Of a stretch of DNA of 41,779 nucleotides, positions 8,415-16,855 are shown one piece after another (position 1 is the stretch's first letter; each line of letters begins with the position of its first letter). The stretch comes from Phycisphaerae bacterium (GTDB lineage Bacteria > Planctomycetota > Phycisphaerae > UBA1845 > Fen-1342): positions 1 through 41,779 of the forward strand of contig JASFQK010000049.1 in NCBI GenBank assembly GCA_050115495.1, in the 5' to 3' direction. Below the pieces are notes generated by a model that was not told the origin of the DNA, made no database searches, and worked only from the letters and a program-made list of their open reading frames with translations. A program made the translations under genes and the position numbers.

Positions 8415-10079
8415 TTGGCCAAGCTCATCGTACTGCAGGGTCCGGACAAGGGCCGTTCGCTCGAAACGGATGAGGACAGCCTGCTGATCGGCCGCGACCG
8501 CGAGCAGGCCTCGCTGACCGACCAGTCCGTCAGTCGGCGACACGCCACGCTGCGCCGGGTCAACGGCTGCTGGGAGCTGTGCGACCTGCACAGCGCCAAC
8601 GGCACCTACATCAACGGCGTCCGCGTCCAGAAGCCGACCCGACTCAAACGGGGCGATCAGATCCGCCTGGGGAGCACGCTCCTCGTCTACACCGGCGAGG
8701 AGACAATCGAGCAGTACTCCGGGCCCTCGATTCCGCACGACCTGGTCACCCTCGACGCCGGCAGCCTCGGCACCGAGGCCTCCATCATGGCCAGCGTGCC
8801 GGCCAGCGAGGACAGCGTCGTGCTGGCGGCGCCGGAGACGGCCTACGCCGTCAAGGGCTGGAACGTCATGCGCCAGCTCACGGACGTGATCGCCAGCTTC
8901 CTGCCCCCGGACGAGCTCCTGGCCCGCGTAATGGACGTCATCTTCGACCAGGTGCAGGTGGACCACGGCGTCATCCTGATGCGCCGCAGCCATGACGGAG
9001 AGCTGCATCCGGAGGTGGTGCGCTTCCGGCAGCAGCGTGAGCTGGCGGACGGCACGTCGATCACCGCCTCGCGGACGATCATCCACCACGTGCTGCACAC
9101 CCGCGAGGGCGTGCTCTGCTCGAACGCCGTCTCCGACCAGCGCTTCGGCCGCGGCAAGAGCGTGCAGAACCTGGGCATGCGCTCGGTGATCTGCTGCCCG
9201 ATCGTGGCTCACGACGAGATCATCGGTGTGATCCACCTCGACTGCGCCGTCACCCGGCACACCTACAACGAGCACGACCTGAAGCTGATCGCCGCCATCG
9301 GCTGCCAGGCCGGGCTGGCCATCGAGAACGCCCGGCTCGTGCAGAACCACCTGCGGCAGGAGCGACTCGCCGCCGCCGGCGAAGCGGTGGCCTACCTCTC
9401 GCACCACATCAAGAACATCCTCCAGGGCATGCGCGGCGGGGCGGACGTGCTGCAACGCGGGCTCGATCGGCGGGATTTCAGCCTGACCGCCCAGGGCTGG
9501 GCGATCGTCGAGCGCAACCTCGATCGCAGCTATCACCTGATGATGAACATGCTGGCCTTCAGCAAGCCGCGCGAGCCGCGCTTCGAGATGCTCCAGGTCA
9601 ACAAGATCGTCGAGGACGTGGTCTCCATGATGCAGAAGCAGGCCGACGCCGTGCGCGTGGTGCTGCTGGCCGACCTCGACGAGCACCTGCCGCCGATCCC
9701 GGTGGACTACGAGGGCGTGCACCGCGTGCTGCTGAACCTGGCGATCAACGCCGTCGACGCCGTCGAGCGCGGCCGTGGGATCGTCAGCGTGCGCACCGAG
9801 TTCGACGCCGACCAGCGGCAGGTCGTGCTATCCGTGCAGGACAACGGCCCCGGCATCACCCCGGAGAACCGCACCCGCGTATTCGAGGCGTTCTATTCGA
9901 GCAAGGGCCAGGGCGGCACCGGCCTCGGCCTGGCGGTCGCTCGCAAGGTCACCCTCGAAATGAAGGGCGCCATCGAGCTGCGCGACCCCCCCGACGGCGG
10001 CGCCGAATTCCGCGTCATCCTCCCGGCGTCCCAACCCGGCGTCCCCAGCGCCGACGATACCACCGGTCCGTTGGAGTAA
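8415..10079 (+). CDS. Cytoplasmic FHA-GAF sensor histidine kinase
   Basis: FHA motifs (IGR, VSRRHA, SANGTYING), GAF domain (RSVICCPI..IGVIHLD), H-box SHHIKNIL, N-box NLAINAVDA, DNGPGI, GTGLGL. Confidence 0.93.
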   Translation: MAKLIVLQGPDKGRSLETDEDSLLIGRDREQASLTDQSVSRRHATLRRVNGCWELCDLHSANGTYINGVRVQKPTRLKRGDQIRLGSTLLVYTGEETIEQYSGPSIPHDLVTLDAGSLGTEASIMASVPASEDSVVLAAPETAYAVKGWNVMRQLTDVIASFLPPDELLARVMDVIFDQVQVDHGVILMRRSHDGELHPEVVRFRQQRELADGTSITASRTIIHHVLHTREGVLCSNAVSDQRFGRGKSVQNLGMRSVICCPIVAHDEIIGVIHLDCAVTRHTYNEHDLKLIAAIGCQAGLAIENARLVQNHLRQERLAAAGEAVAYLSHHIKNILQGMRGGADVLQRGLDRRDFSLTAQGWAIVERNLDRSYHLMMNMLAFSKPREPRFEMLQVNKIVEDVVSMMQKQADAVRVVLLADLDEHLPPIPVDYEGVHRVLLNLAINAVDAVERGRGIVSVRTEFDADQRQVVLSVQDNGPGITPENRTRVFEAFYSSKGQGGTGLGLAVARKVTLEMKGAIELRDPPDGGAEFRVILPASQPGVPSADDTTGPLE

Positions 10080-10104
10080 GTCCGGTCGGGTGGTTCAGGG
10101 GAGA

Positions 10105-10168
10105 AGGGGTACAGGGGCAAAGGAGCAAAGGAGCAAAGGAGCAAAGGAGCAAAGGGGCAGAGGGGTAC
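10105..10168. repeat. Octamer tandem repeat (8 units, core AGGAGCAA)
   Basis: AGGGGTAC AGGGGCAA (AGGAGCAA)x4 AGGGGCAG AGGGGTAC. Confidence 0.85.
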
Positions 10169-10189
10169 GGGGGGCAACTCGCGTATCGC

Positions 10190-10281
10190 CCGACGTAGCG
10201 GCCGACGTAGCGGCCGACCTCCGTATCGGCCGGTGGATCCCGACAGGCGCTCACACCGGTGGACAAGTCACTACCGCCACC
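10190..10281 (+). repeat. GTAG REP-like hairpin (10207-10232) with a duplicated 12-mer before it and a degenerate family-B element after it
   Basis: CCGACGTAGCGG x2; GTAG-CGGCCGA-CCTCCGTA-TCGGCCG; CACACCGGTGGACAAGTCACTACCGCCACC at 10252-10281 matches 294-323 at 23/30 positions. Confidence 0.6.
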
Positions 10282-10470
10282 CGGCGTGATCTCTTCGCCG
10301 TACTGCGGCGGCAGTCAATAACCCATGGGACGACAGCCGCCCGCCCCCTTCTCTGAGCCCCAGCGAGGCGACACAAGACCCGCATGAGCCGCTCCCCGGC
10401 CAATGGCACTACGAAACGGTCGATCTTCGCCGGTGTTGCTGGCGTCCGTTCTGGATGCCAGCCGTGCCCG

Positions 10471-11709
10471 TTATTGCCGCGGGGGAGGATCGAAGACCGC
10501 GTGCACGATGCTCCCGTAGAACGGGTACTGCATCTGGCAGCGGTGGACCCGAAACGCCTCGGGGTCCCAACTCATCCTCTGACAGGCGTGCCGCAAGAGA
10601 GGGACATAGTCGGGCACGGCCTCGGCTCGGCAAATTGATACGCCTTCACCGAGAAATTGAATCGTCTCGGCCAAGTTGATGCGCGCGACGCCGTGACCGG
10701 GGTCATTCGGATTGACGGCGCCACGGATAGCGCTGTCGAGGATCAACAACTCCGGATGCGTATCCGGCCAGATGCTCCCGTGCACAAGCACGTCGAAGAT
10801 GAGTAGACGTGTGGGCACATCAATCGAAGCCGCTTGGGAGACTTTGCGACGGTCGGGCCGCGAATATCGGCCCACGGTGTCAATCACATCAGCGAAGAAC
10901 AGGTTGACGCTCGATTCCAGCCCAACCTGGTTGTCGGTGAGCACGTAGTGGATGAACGTTCCGCAGTCGTGAATCGCGATTGCCGGGGACGGTGGAGAGC
11001 AGAACTCCGAAAGCAGGGCTTCGCGGGGATTCTGGTTAATGGGGTGCCCTTCGAGCGTTGTCTGATAGGCGCTCGCGCTCGATCCGCTGGTGTTGTAGCC
11101 ATTGGTGATGCCAACACCCGAGCCGGGCCGCAAACGCCTGAGCCCCACCAATCCGCGCACCGACATGTACGCGCAGCGGTCATCCGAACTGCCAGGGGCA
11201 ACGAAGATCGCGCACACGTTCACGTCCGCGCTGCAGCCCTTCACGTACGCGGCGCCTTTGAACGCGGTGTGCTTGCTGATGGCCTCAAACTTCGCGCGGG
11301 CCTCGGGCACCCACGCACTGACGATCGCGTCCAGGGCAGTACGGTCACCCGCTACGTCCCGAACCAGGGTTTCGAACTCGACGACGGCGTCTTCGGCCGC
11401 TCTGATGAGGCCGGCGGGGACCTTTCGGCGAACCGCCCGTAGAACCAGCCGCAACCCTTCCGGACCGGGCATGATTCCCATGGAGGAGAGTGGGTCGCGG
11501 TTACGGGTCGCCTTGACGATTCGGCCGGAGAGATCTCGGTTGATTCTGAGCGTCCGGCAGACCTCCACGGGCTGTCGCGGACGGCCGGGAAGCGTATCGA
11601 TGAGAGAGGCAAATGAACGACATAAGTTCTTTCCCACAAGAGCGATACGTTCCTCAAGCCCACCCGCGGTCGCCCCGTCTCCAGATGTGGTTGCTTCCGC
11701 CTTGTTCAT
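10471..11709 (-). CDS. Hypothetical protein, possible N-terminal HTH regulator (412 aa)
   Basis: Long ORF with GAGG RBS, no signal peptide, HTH-like segment QPVEVCRTLRINRDLSGRIVKA; divergent from the PEP-CTERM cluster; codon usage visibly less GC3-biased than its neighbours. Confidence 0.7.
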   Translation of the reverse strand: MNKAEATTSGDGATAGGLEERIALVGKNLCRSFASLIDTLPGRPRQPVEVCRTLRINRDLSGRIVKATRNRDPLSSMGIMPGPEGLRLVLRAVRRKVPAGLIRAAEDAVVEFETLVRDVAGDRTALDAIVSAWVPEARAKFEAISKHTAFKGAAYVKGCSADVNVCAIFVAPGSSDDRCAYMSVRGLVGLRRLRPGSGVGITNGYNTSGSSASAYQTTLEGHPINQNPREALLSEFCSPPSPAIAIHDCGTFIHYVLTDNQVGLESSVNLFFADVIDTVGRYSRPDRRKVSQAASIDVPTRLLIFDVLVHGSIWPDTHPELLILDSAIRGAVNPNDPGHGVARINLAETIQFLGEGVSICRAEAVPDYVPLLRHACQRMSWDPEAFRVHRCQMQYPFYGSIVHAVFDPPPRQ

Positions 11710-11785
11710 GATTCGGCCTCTTGAGAGGAGATTCTATCACGTCGCCTACTCCTGTGCAATCGCGGCAGCACAATGAAATCATATG

Positions 11786-11840
11786 GAATCGTTCAGCGAT
11801 TCAAAATGAGGTTGACTTCTGCGCGCCGCGCTGCTACGCT
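11786..11840 (+). promoter_or_regulatory. sigma70-like promoter with upstream inverted repeat
   Basis: GAATCG-TTCAG-CGATTC (11786-11802), then TTGACT (11812-11817)-17 bp-TACGCT (11835-11840), pointing at the PEP-CTERM genes. Confidence 0.55.
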
Positions 11841-12177
11841 GCACTCGTACACGAATACGTCAGGAGGAATGGAGCTCGCCGTGGTCCGTCCCAACCGTGC
11901 GCGTGTACGGTCACGGTCGGGAGCGGAAGCAGCTCACAGAAATGCGAGACCTCTCCAGGGGAACTCGCATCGCAGAGGAAGGCGTAGTGCGTTCGACCGC
12001 CTGGGAGCGGGCACGTGCGCCTTCATAGGAGGAGTCGAGACGCGCACGACACCAATCCGGTGCCCGTGCGGCTAATCGAGTCAATCCGCAGTTTAGGGAG
12101 TCACCGAGTCTGTGTGCGCGTGCGGTGCGCGCACACCCGGCTACGGCGTGCATCTTGTGAGATGAGGAGAGCTGTTC

Positions 12178-12915
12178 ATGTTCATGAGATTGGCAGCAAA
12201 GTGCTGCGTGCTTCTCGCTGTCGTGTTCGTCTTGAGTCTGCCCGCCGCCGGGGAATTCCTGACGGTGACCTGGGAGGACCAGGGCGTGCACTTCCTGGAC
12301 GACAATCTGAACAACGTGGGGAACTTCGAGGCCGGGGCGGCCCGACCGCTCGGCGTGGCCACGAACGGGTCGTTGATCTGGACGGGACATTGTTTCACGT
12401 CCGAGATCATCGCTTACGACCTCGCCGGCGTGGAGCAGTTCCGCTTCGATACGCCGGGCTACAGCGCCCTGCAGGGAATGGAGCTCATCAGCGAGCAGGA
12501 GCTGGCGTTTGCCAACCTGGATGAGATCGTCGTGTGTGACGCGTACACCGGCAGCGTCATCCGCACCTTCCCCAACATGGGCCGCACCGTCGAAGGTCTG
12601 GCCTGGGATGGGGAGTATCTGTGGCAACTGGAAACTCAGACGATCTTCGCAACCGACGTCGACACCGGCGAGATCGAGCGTTGGTTCGCCAATCCGGCGC
12701 GCGACGAGCCCTTCGGCGGAACCGCTTTCGCGGTGGATGGGGACAGCCTCTTCATCGGGGCGGTCACCGGCAATTGGTACGAAGTTGACAAGACCGACGG
12801 TTCGGCGGTCCGTACGGGCAACAACGGGCTCGACATGTACGGCATGACGTACGTCCCCGAGCCGATGTCCCTGCTGCTGCTGGGCGCCGCGGCGGTGCTG
12901 CTGCATCGCCGTTAG
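12178..12915 (+). CDS. PEP-CTERM surface protein (beta-propeller-like repeats)
   Basis: Signal peptide; GLAWDGEYLWQ-type blades; C-terminal VPEPMSLLLLGAAAVLLHRR. Confidence 0.9.
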   Translation: MFMRLAAKCCVLLAVVFVLSLPAAGEFLTVTWEDQGVHFLDDNLNNVGNFEAGAARPLGVATNGSLIWTGHCFTSEIIAYDLAGVEQFRFDTPGYSALQGMELISEQELAFANLDEIVVCDAYTGSVIRTFPNMGRTVEGLAWDGEYLWQLETQTIFATDVDTGEIERWFANPARDEPFGGTAFAVDGDSLFIGAVTGNWYEVDKTDGSAVRTGNNGLDMYGMTYVPEPMSLLLLGAAAVLLHRR

Positions 12916-12960
12916 ACGTGCACGTCACCCGGTTTTCCTGAGAGAGTTAGGAGGTTCATC

Positions 12961-13701
12961 ATGTTTGCGAAGTGGGCAGTGCAGTGTTGTGGGCTGGTGG
13001 CAGTGCTGGCCGTGACGAGTGTGGCCGGTGCGCAGAGCCTCATGGCCGTCAGTTGGGATGATCAGGCGGTTCATTACCTGGACGATGAGTGGAACGATGT
13101 GTCGGGTTTCCAGGTCCCGAGCCAGCGCCCGCAGGGCGTTACCACGGACGGCACGTTGATCTGGACGGGGCATCATCTCACAACCGAGATCATCGCCTTC
13201 AACTACAGCGGCGACGAGCAGTTTCGCTTCTTGACTGTGGGTTATCTGAATCTCACGTCTGTCGAGTACATCAATGACCGCGAGTTGGCTTTCTCCAACT
13301 CGGACGAGATCATCTTCTGCGATCCGTTCGATGGCCACATCGCTCGCACTATTCCCAGCCAGGGCGTCGACGTCGAGGACCTGGCCTGGGACGGTGAGTA
13401 CCTGTGGCAGTTGGGGACGCAGTACATCTATGCATCCAGTGTTCATGACGGAGCGGTCGCGCAGACCTTCGACAACCCAGCCATCGGCGACCTGTACGGC
13501 GGAACCGCCCTCGCAATCCGCGGGGACACGCTCTTCGTCGGCTCGGCCACCGGCAACTGGTGGGAAGTCAGCAAAGTCGACGGAACCGTCCTGGACAGCG
13601 GCAATAACGGCATAGACATGTTCGGCCTGACGACGTTCGTCCCCGAACCAGCCTCACTGATTCTTCTGGGCGTCGCCGGGTTGTTCGCCCGCCGTGGCTA
13701 G
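12961..13701 (+). CDS. PEP-CTERM surface protein, tandem paralogue of 12178..12915
   Basis: AGGAGG RBS; signal peptide; shares LIWTGH, LAWDGEYLWQL, GGTA, TGNW.EV.K.DG, GNNG.DM with the previous gene; C-terminal VPEPASLILLGVAGLFARRG. Confidence 0.9.
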   Translation: MFAKWAVQCCGLVAVLAVTSVAGAQSLMAVSWDDQAVHYLDDEWNDVSGFQVPSQRPQGVTTDGTLIWTGHHLTTEIIAFNYSGDEQFRFLTVGYLNLTSVEYINDRELAFSNSDEIIFCDPFDGHIARTIPSQGVDVEDLAWDGEYLWQLGTQYIYASSVHDGAVAQTFDNPAIGDLYGGTALAIRGDTLFVGSATGNWWEVSKVDGTVLDSGNNGIDMFGLTTFVPEPASLILLGVAGLFARRG

Positions 13702-13782
13702 ACGCGCATCGTTTCGCTAATCCGCCGGCGGCGCTCAGCGCCACAACGCCGGAGACATACGAAGTCATTTACAAGGACCAAC

Positions 13783-14478
13783 ATGATGAATACGCACATG
13801 ATTCGAAGCACTCTGGGAATGCTGTTGCTCGGTCTGGTCGTCAGCCCCGCCGCGCTGGCTGACACGACGTACGTCCTCCAGCCCCCCGATCTGGAATTCG
13901 TCGTCCTGGACGTGGATCCCTTTGACGGGATCGGCAACCGTGGACCTTTCGACGGCTACCAGATTGCTGCATGGGGCAGCATTGGAGAGAAACGCACCAT
14001 CGCCGAGTACGATATCTCCAACGTGTCCGTGCCAGCAGGGGAGACCATCGTCAGCGCTACGTTCACGGTCGAGTGTACTAACACCAGCATCACGGGACTT
14101 GGCATCAACGGACAGACACCCGAGCGTTTTGCGCTCGACGGCTATCTCGGAAACGGCGTCGCCGACCTGTCCGATTTCCAGGCGGGCAACGGCAACGTCC
14201 TGGACACGGTCGACACGCCAGACCTCCAGGTCGGCGATGTGTTGACGTTCGACGTGACGTCATATGTCGCCAACCTCGTTGACGCCGGGCAGGACTACGT
14301 TGGGTTGACGCTTCGAGCCGATTGGTTCGGCGCCGCCAGTTTCGACTACTGGTACAGCGGCGGCGAGCTCATCGGCACCGTGCCGACCCTCGCCATCCAG
14401 ACGGCTGTGCCCGAACCGGGAACGCTGTCGCTGTGCGTGCTCGCCGCGTCGGCGTTGCTGCGGCGTCGCAGCTTCTAG
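13783..14478 (+). CDS. PEP-CTERM surface protein
   Basis: Signal peptide (..PAALA); acidic beta-rich domain with FDVTSYV; C-terminal VPEPGTLSLCVLAASALLRRRSF. Confidence 0.88.
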   Translation: MMNTHMIRSTLGMLLLGLVVSPAALADTTYVLQPPDLEFVVLDVDPFDGIGNRGPFDGYQIAAWGSIGEKRTIAEYDISNVSVPAGETIVSATFTVECTNTSITGLGINGQTPERFALDGYLGNGVADLSDFQAGNGNVLDTVDTPDLQVGDVLTFDVTSYVANLVDAGQDYVGLTLRADWFGAASFDYWYSGGELIGTVPTLAIQTAVPEPGTLSLCVLAASALLRRRSF

Positions 14479-14777
14479 GAAACAGGATCGGACACCGCCA
14501 CGCGTACGCGTCTCTAGGCCGCAATCGCAATGCACCCGGCGGCGGAAGCTCATGCAGCGCCCGTCCCAGCTGGCCCGCCGCCGGGTGAATGCGGGATCGC
14601 CATGCGGTGGTATCCGAAACTCGAACACGAACGCCTTCTTCGTGGAGGGCGTTATCCGAAGCGACCGTCATCCAGTGGTGCTGTTCTGAGAAGCACGCTG
14701 CAACGTGCAGTACCGGAACAGATCGCCAGAACACCTACCCAGGCGAAACCGCTTGAGAGAAAGGGAGGAAGGAACTA

Positions 14778-15581
14778 ATGAGCAAGATAAGGACTCTGAT
14801 CATCTGTGTTGCCTCGCTCGTGTGCGCGGCCGGGACGGCCCTGGCGAACGTCATCGGGTTCGACGACTTCGACGGCAATGGAAACTACCTGACCCGCCTC
14901 TTCGACCCGGACAACTCCGATACCAACGGCGAGTTCTCGACCGATAATAACGATTTCTTCGGCGTCGTGGATCGCACCGCGACGAACTCCTTCATGGCCG
15001 ACGACACGTCGAGCGGCGGTACGCGCGGCCTGCTCAAGCCGGCGAAAACCGACCACGTGTTCGGCGTCTGCGATGTGTGGAATGCCGACCACGCCAGTCG
15101 CGACGCCACGGCCGAGTGGACCTTCGACATCACCGGGGCTGCCGACTTGTCAGTGGACATCGACTTCGCCGTTCACGGCGTGTTCCTTACGAACGGTCAC
15201 AACAACTACACCTTCACGTGGTCGATCGACGCTGGCAACGGCGGGACGGGCACGCTCTTCGCAACAACCTTCGATTCAGACGTCACTTCATGGACCTACA
15301 CCTACGAAGACGGATCCACGTACACCTATGACGTCGACAACGCCCTCGATCCGATCCTGATCAACGGCACTCATCTCGACAACACCTACCAGACGCTATC
15401 GGCCCCGATCGCGGGTACCGGCTCGACGCTCACCGTCGCGCTTGACGTGGCCTCGAACGGCGGCAACGAGACGATCTTCTCCTTCGACAACCTGGTAGTG
15501 AACGGGGTCCCGGAGCCAGCCAGCGTGAGCCTGCTGGTGCTTGGCGCTCTGGCCATGATGCGACGACATCGCGGCGCATAG
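14778..15581 (+). CDS. PEP-CTERM surface protein
   Basis: GGAGG/AAGGA RBS; signal peptide (..GTALA); D/N/T-rich domain; C-terminal VPEPASVSLLVLGALAMMRRHRGA. Confidence 0.9.
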   Translation: MSKIRTLIICVASLVCAAGTALANVIGFDDFDGNGNYLTRLFDPDNSDTNGEFSTDNNDFFGVVDRTATNSFMADDTSSGGTRGLLKPAKTDHVFGVCDVWNADHASRDATAEWTFDITGAADLSVDIDFAVHGVFLTNGHNNYTFTWSIDAGNGGTGTLFATTFDSDVTSWTYTYEDGSTYTYDVDNALDPILINGTHLDNTYQTLSAPIAGTGSTLTVALDVASNGGNETIFSFDNLVVNGVPEPASVSLLVLGALAMMRRHRGA

Positions 15582-15623
15582 CGCACGAACCCTCCATTGC
15601 CGGGCCTCCTCTGCCCGGGATCC

Positions 15624-15658
15624 AGCCGCAAGTCGTTCTTACACAACGACTTGCGGCT
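15624..15658. repeat. Perfect 14-bp inverted repeat between convergent genes
   Basis: AGCCGCAAGTCGTT-CTTACAC-AACGACTTGCGGCT. Confidence 0.7.
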
Positions 15659-15844
15659 TCATTCTGTGTGGGACCTCACGGAGGGGCGACGAGTCAAGGT
15701 GATGCGCTCTTAGCGAGTTGAACGCCCCCGTCACTTCTGGACCAGCGTCGTATCGAGCTGACAACTGCGCTGAGGGACGTGTCTTTCTCGACATGCGACG
15801 TCGCGGGCCGACGTTGTGAAAACGTCCCATACGGTGCCCGAACG

Positions 15845-16855
15845 CTACAGCGTCGCGACGAACGCGCGGGCGGCGGTGAGGACGCGCTCCTGGACTTCTT
15901 CGAGCGTACCCTCGATGCGGGCGCCGGCGCTGGCGTGGTGGCCGCCACCGCCGAACTGCTGGGCCAGTTCGAGCACCGAGACGCCCTGCTCGCCGCGGAA
16001 GTTCATGCGGATCTTGCCGGGGTCGCCCTCGGTGAAGAGGATCGCCACCTTGATCCCCTCGATCGAGCGCGGCACCTCGACTTGGTCGTCGATGACGTGC
16101 GCGTCGCAGCCGGCGCCGCTGATCTCGGCGTACGACGCCGAACTCCAGGCCATTCGCCCGTCCGGGCTGACCCGCGTGTTGGCGTAGACGACCTTGAGCA
16201 GTTCGAACTCGCCGCGGCTCTGACTGCGATGCATCTGCTCGCAGACGTCGTGAATGTTCGCCCCCGCCGCCGCCAAGGCGTGCCCGACCTCCAGGCTGCC
16301 CGGCGTCGTGTTCGTCAGCGAAAAGCCCTGCGTATCGGTATGGACGCCGGCGTAAAGCAGCGTGGCGATCGTCGACGTCACCTGGCAGCCGAGGGCCCGC
16401 AGCAGGTGATAGACGAGCTCCGACGTGCTACTGGCGTGGCCGACGACCCAGTTCCACTTCCCGAACGCCGGATTGGTGGCGTGATGGTCGATGTTCAGCA
16501 CCGGCACGCCGGGCAGGGCGTCGAGCTTACCGTCGATGTTCACCCGGCGATCCTTCGCCGTATCGAGCACCAGGGCAAGGTCGCACTGGGCGATCTCGTC
16601 AGCGGTCGCGGGCGTCAGACCGGCGAGACGAACGAGGTATTCCATTCGGCGGGATACCGTGCCGGCCGGCAGAACCGCCGCCGACGTGATGCCCAGTTCC
16701 GGCAGGGCCAGCCACAAAGCGGCGATACTGGCCACGCAGTCGCCGTCGGGCGTGACGTGCCCGATCAGCGCGACCCGGCGGGCGCCGCGGACGGCCTCAA
16801 CGACCTCCGCGGGCACGACGGCGGGATCGGGCTGGTGAATCGTGGGGGTACTCAT
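15845..16855 (-). CDS. nrnA: DHH/DHHA1 phosphoesterase (bifunctional oligoribonuclease / PAP phosphatase, NrnA family)
   Basis: H.TPDGD, LDT, IDHH, TDT.GF, GGGGHHASAG motifs. Confidence 0.9.
   Translation of the reverse strand: MSTPTIHQPDPAVVPAEVVEAVRGARRVALIGHVTPDGDCVASIAALWLALPELGITSAAVLPAGTVSRRMEYLVRLAGLTPATADEIAQCDLALVLDTAKDRRVNIDGKLDALPGVPVLNIDHHATNPAFGKWNWVVGHASSTSELVYHLLRALGCQVTSTIATLLYAGVHTDTQGFSLTNTTPGSLEVGHALAAAGANIHDVCEQMHRSQSRGEFELLKVVYANTRVSPDGRMAWSSASYAEISGAGCDAHVIDDQVEVPRSIEGIKVAILFTEGDPGKIRMNFRGEQGVSVLELAQQFGGGGHHASAGARIEGTLEEVQERVLTAARAFVATL

Noticed and set aside
11869..12075. Possible leader ORF (MELAVVRPNR...) upstream of the PEP-CTERM array
   Set aside because: AGGAGG is only 1 nt from the ATG and the peptide has no recognisable features; cannot be supported
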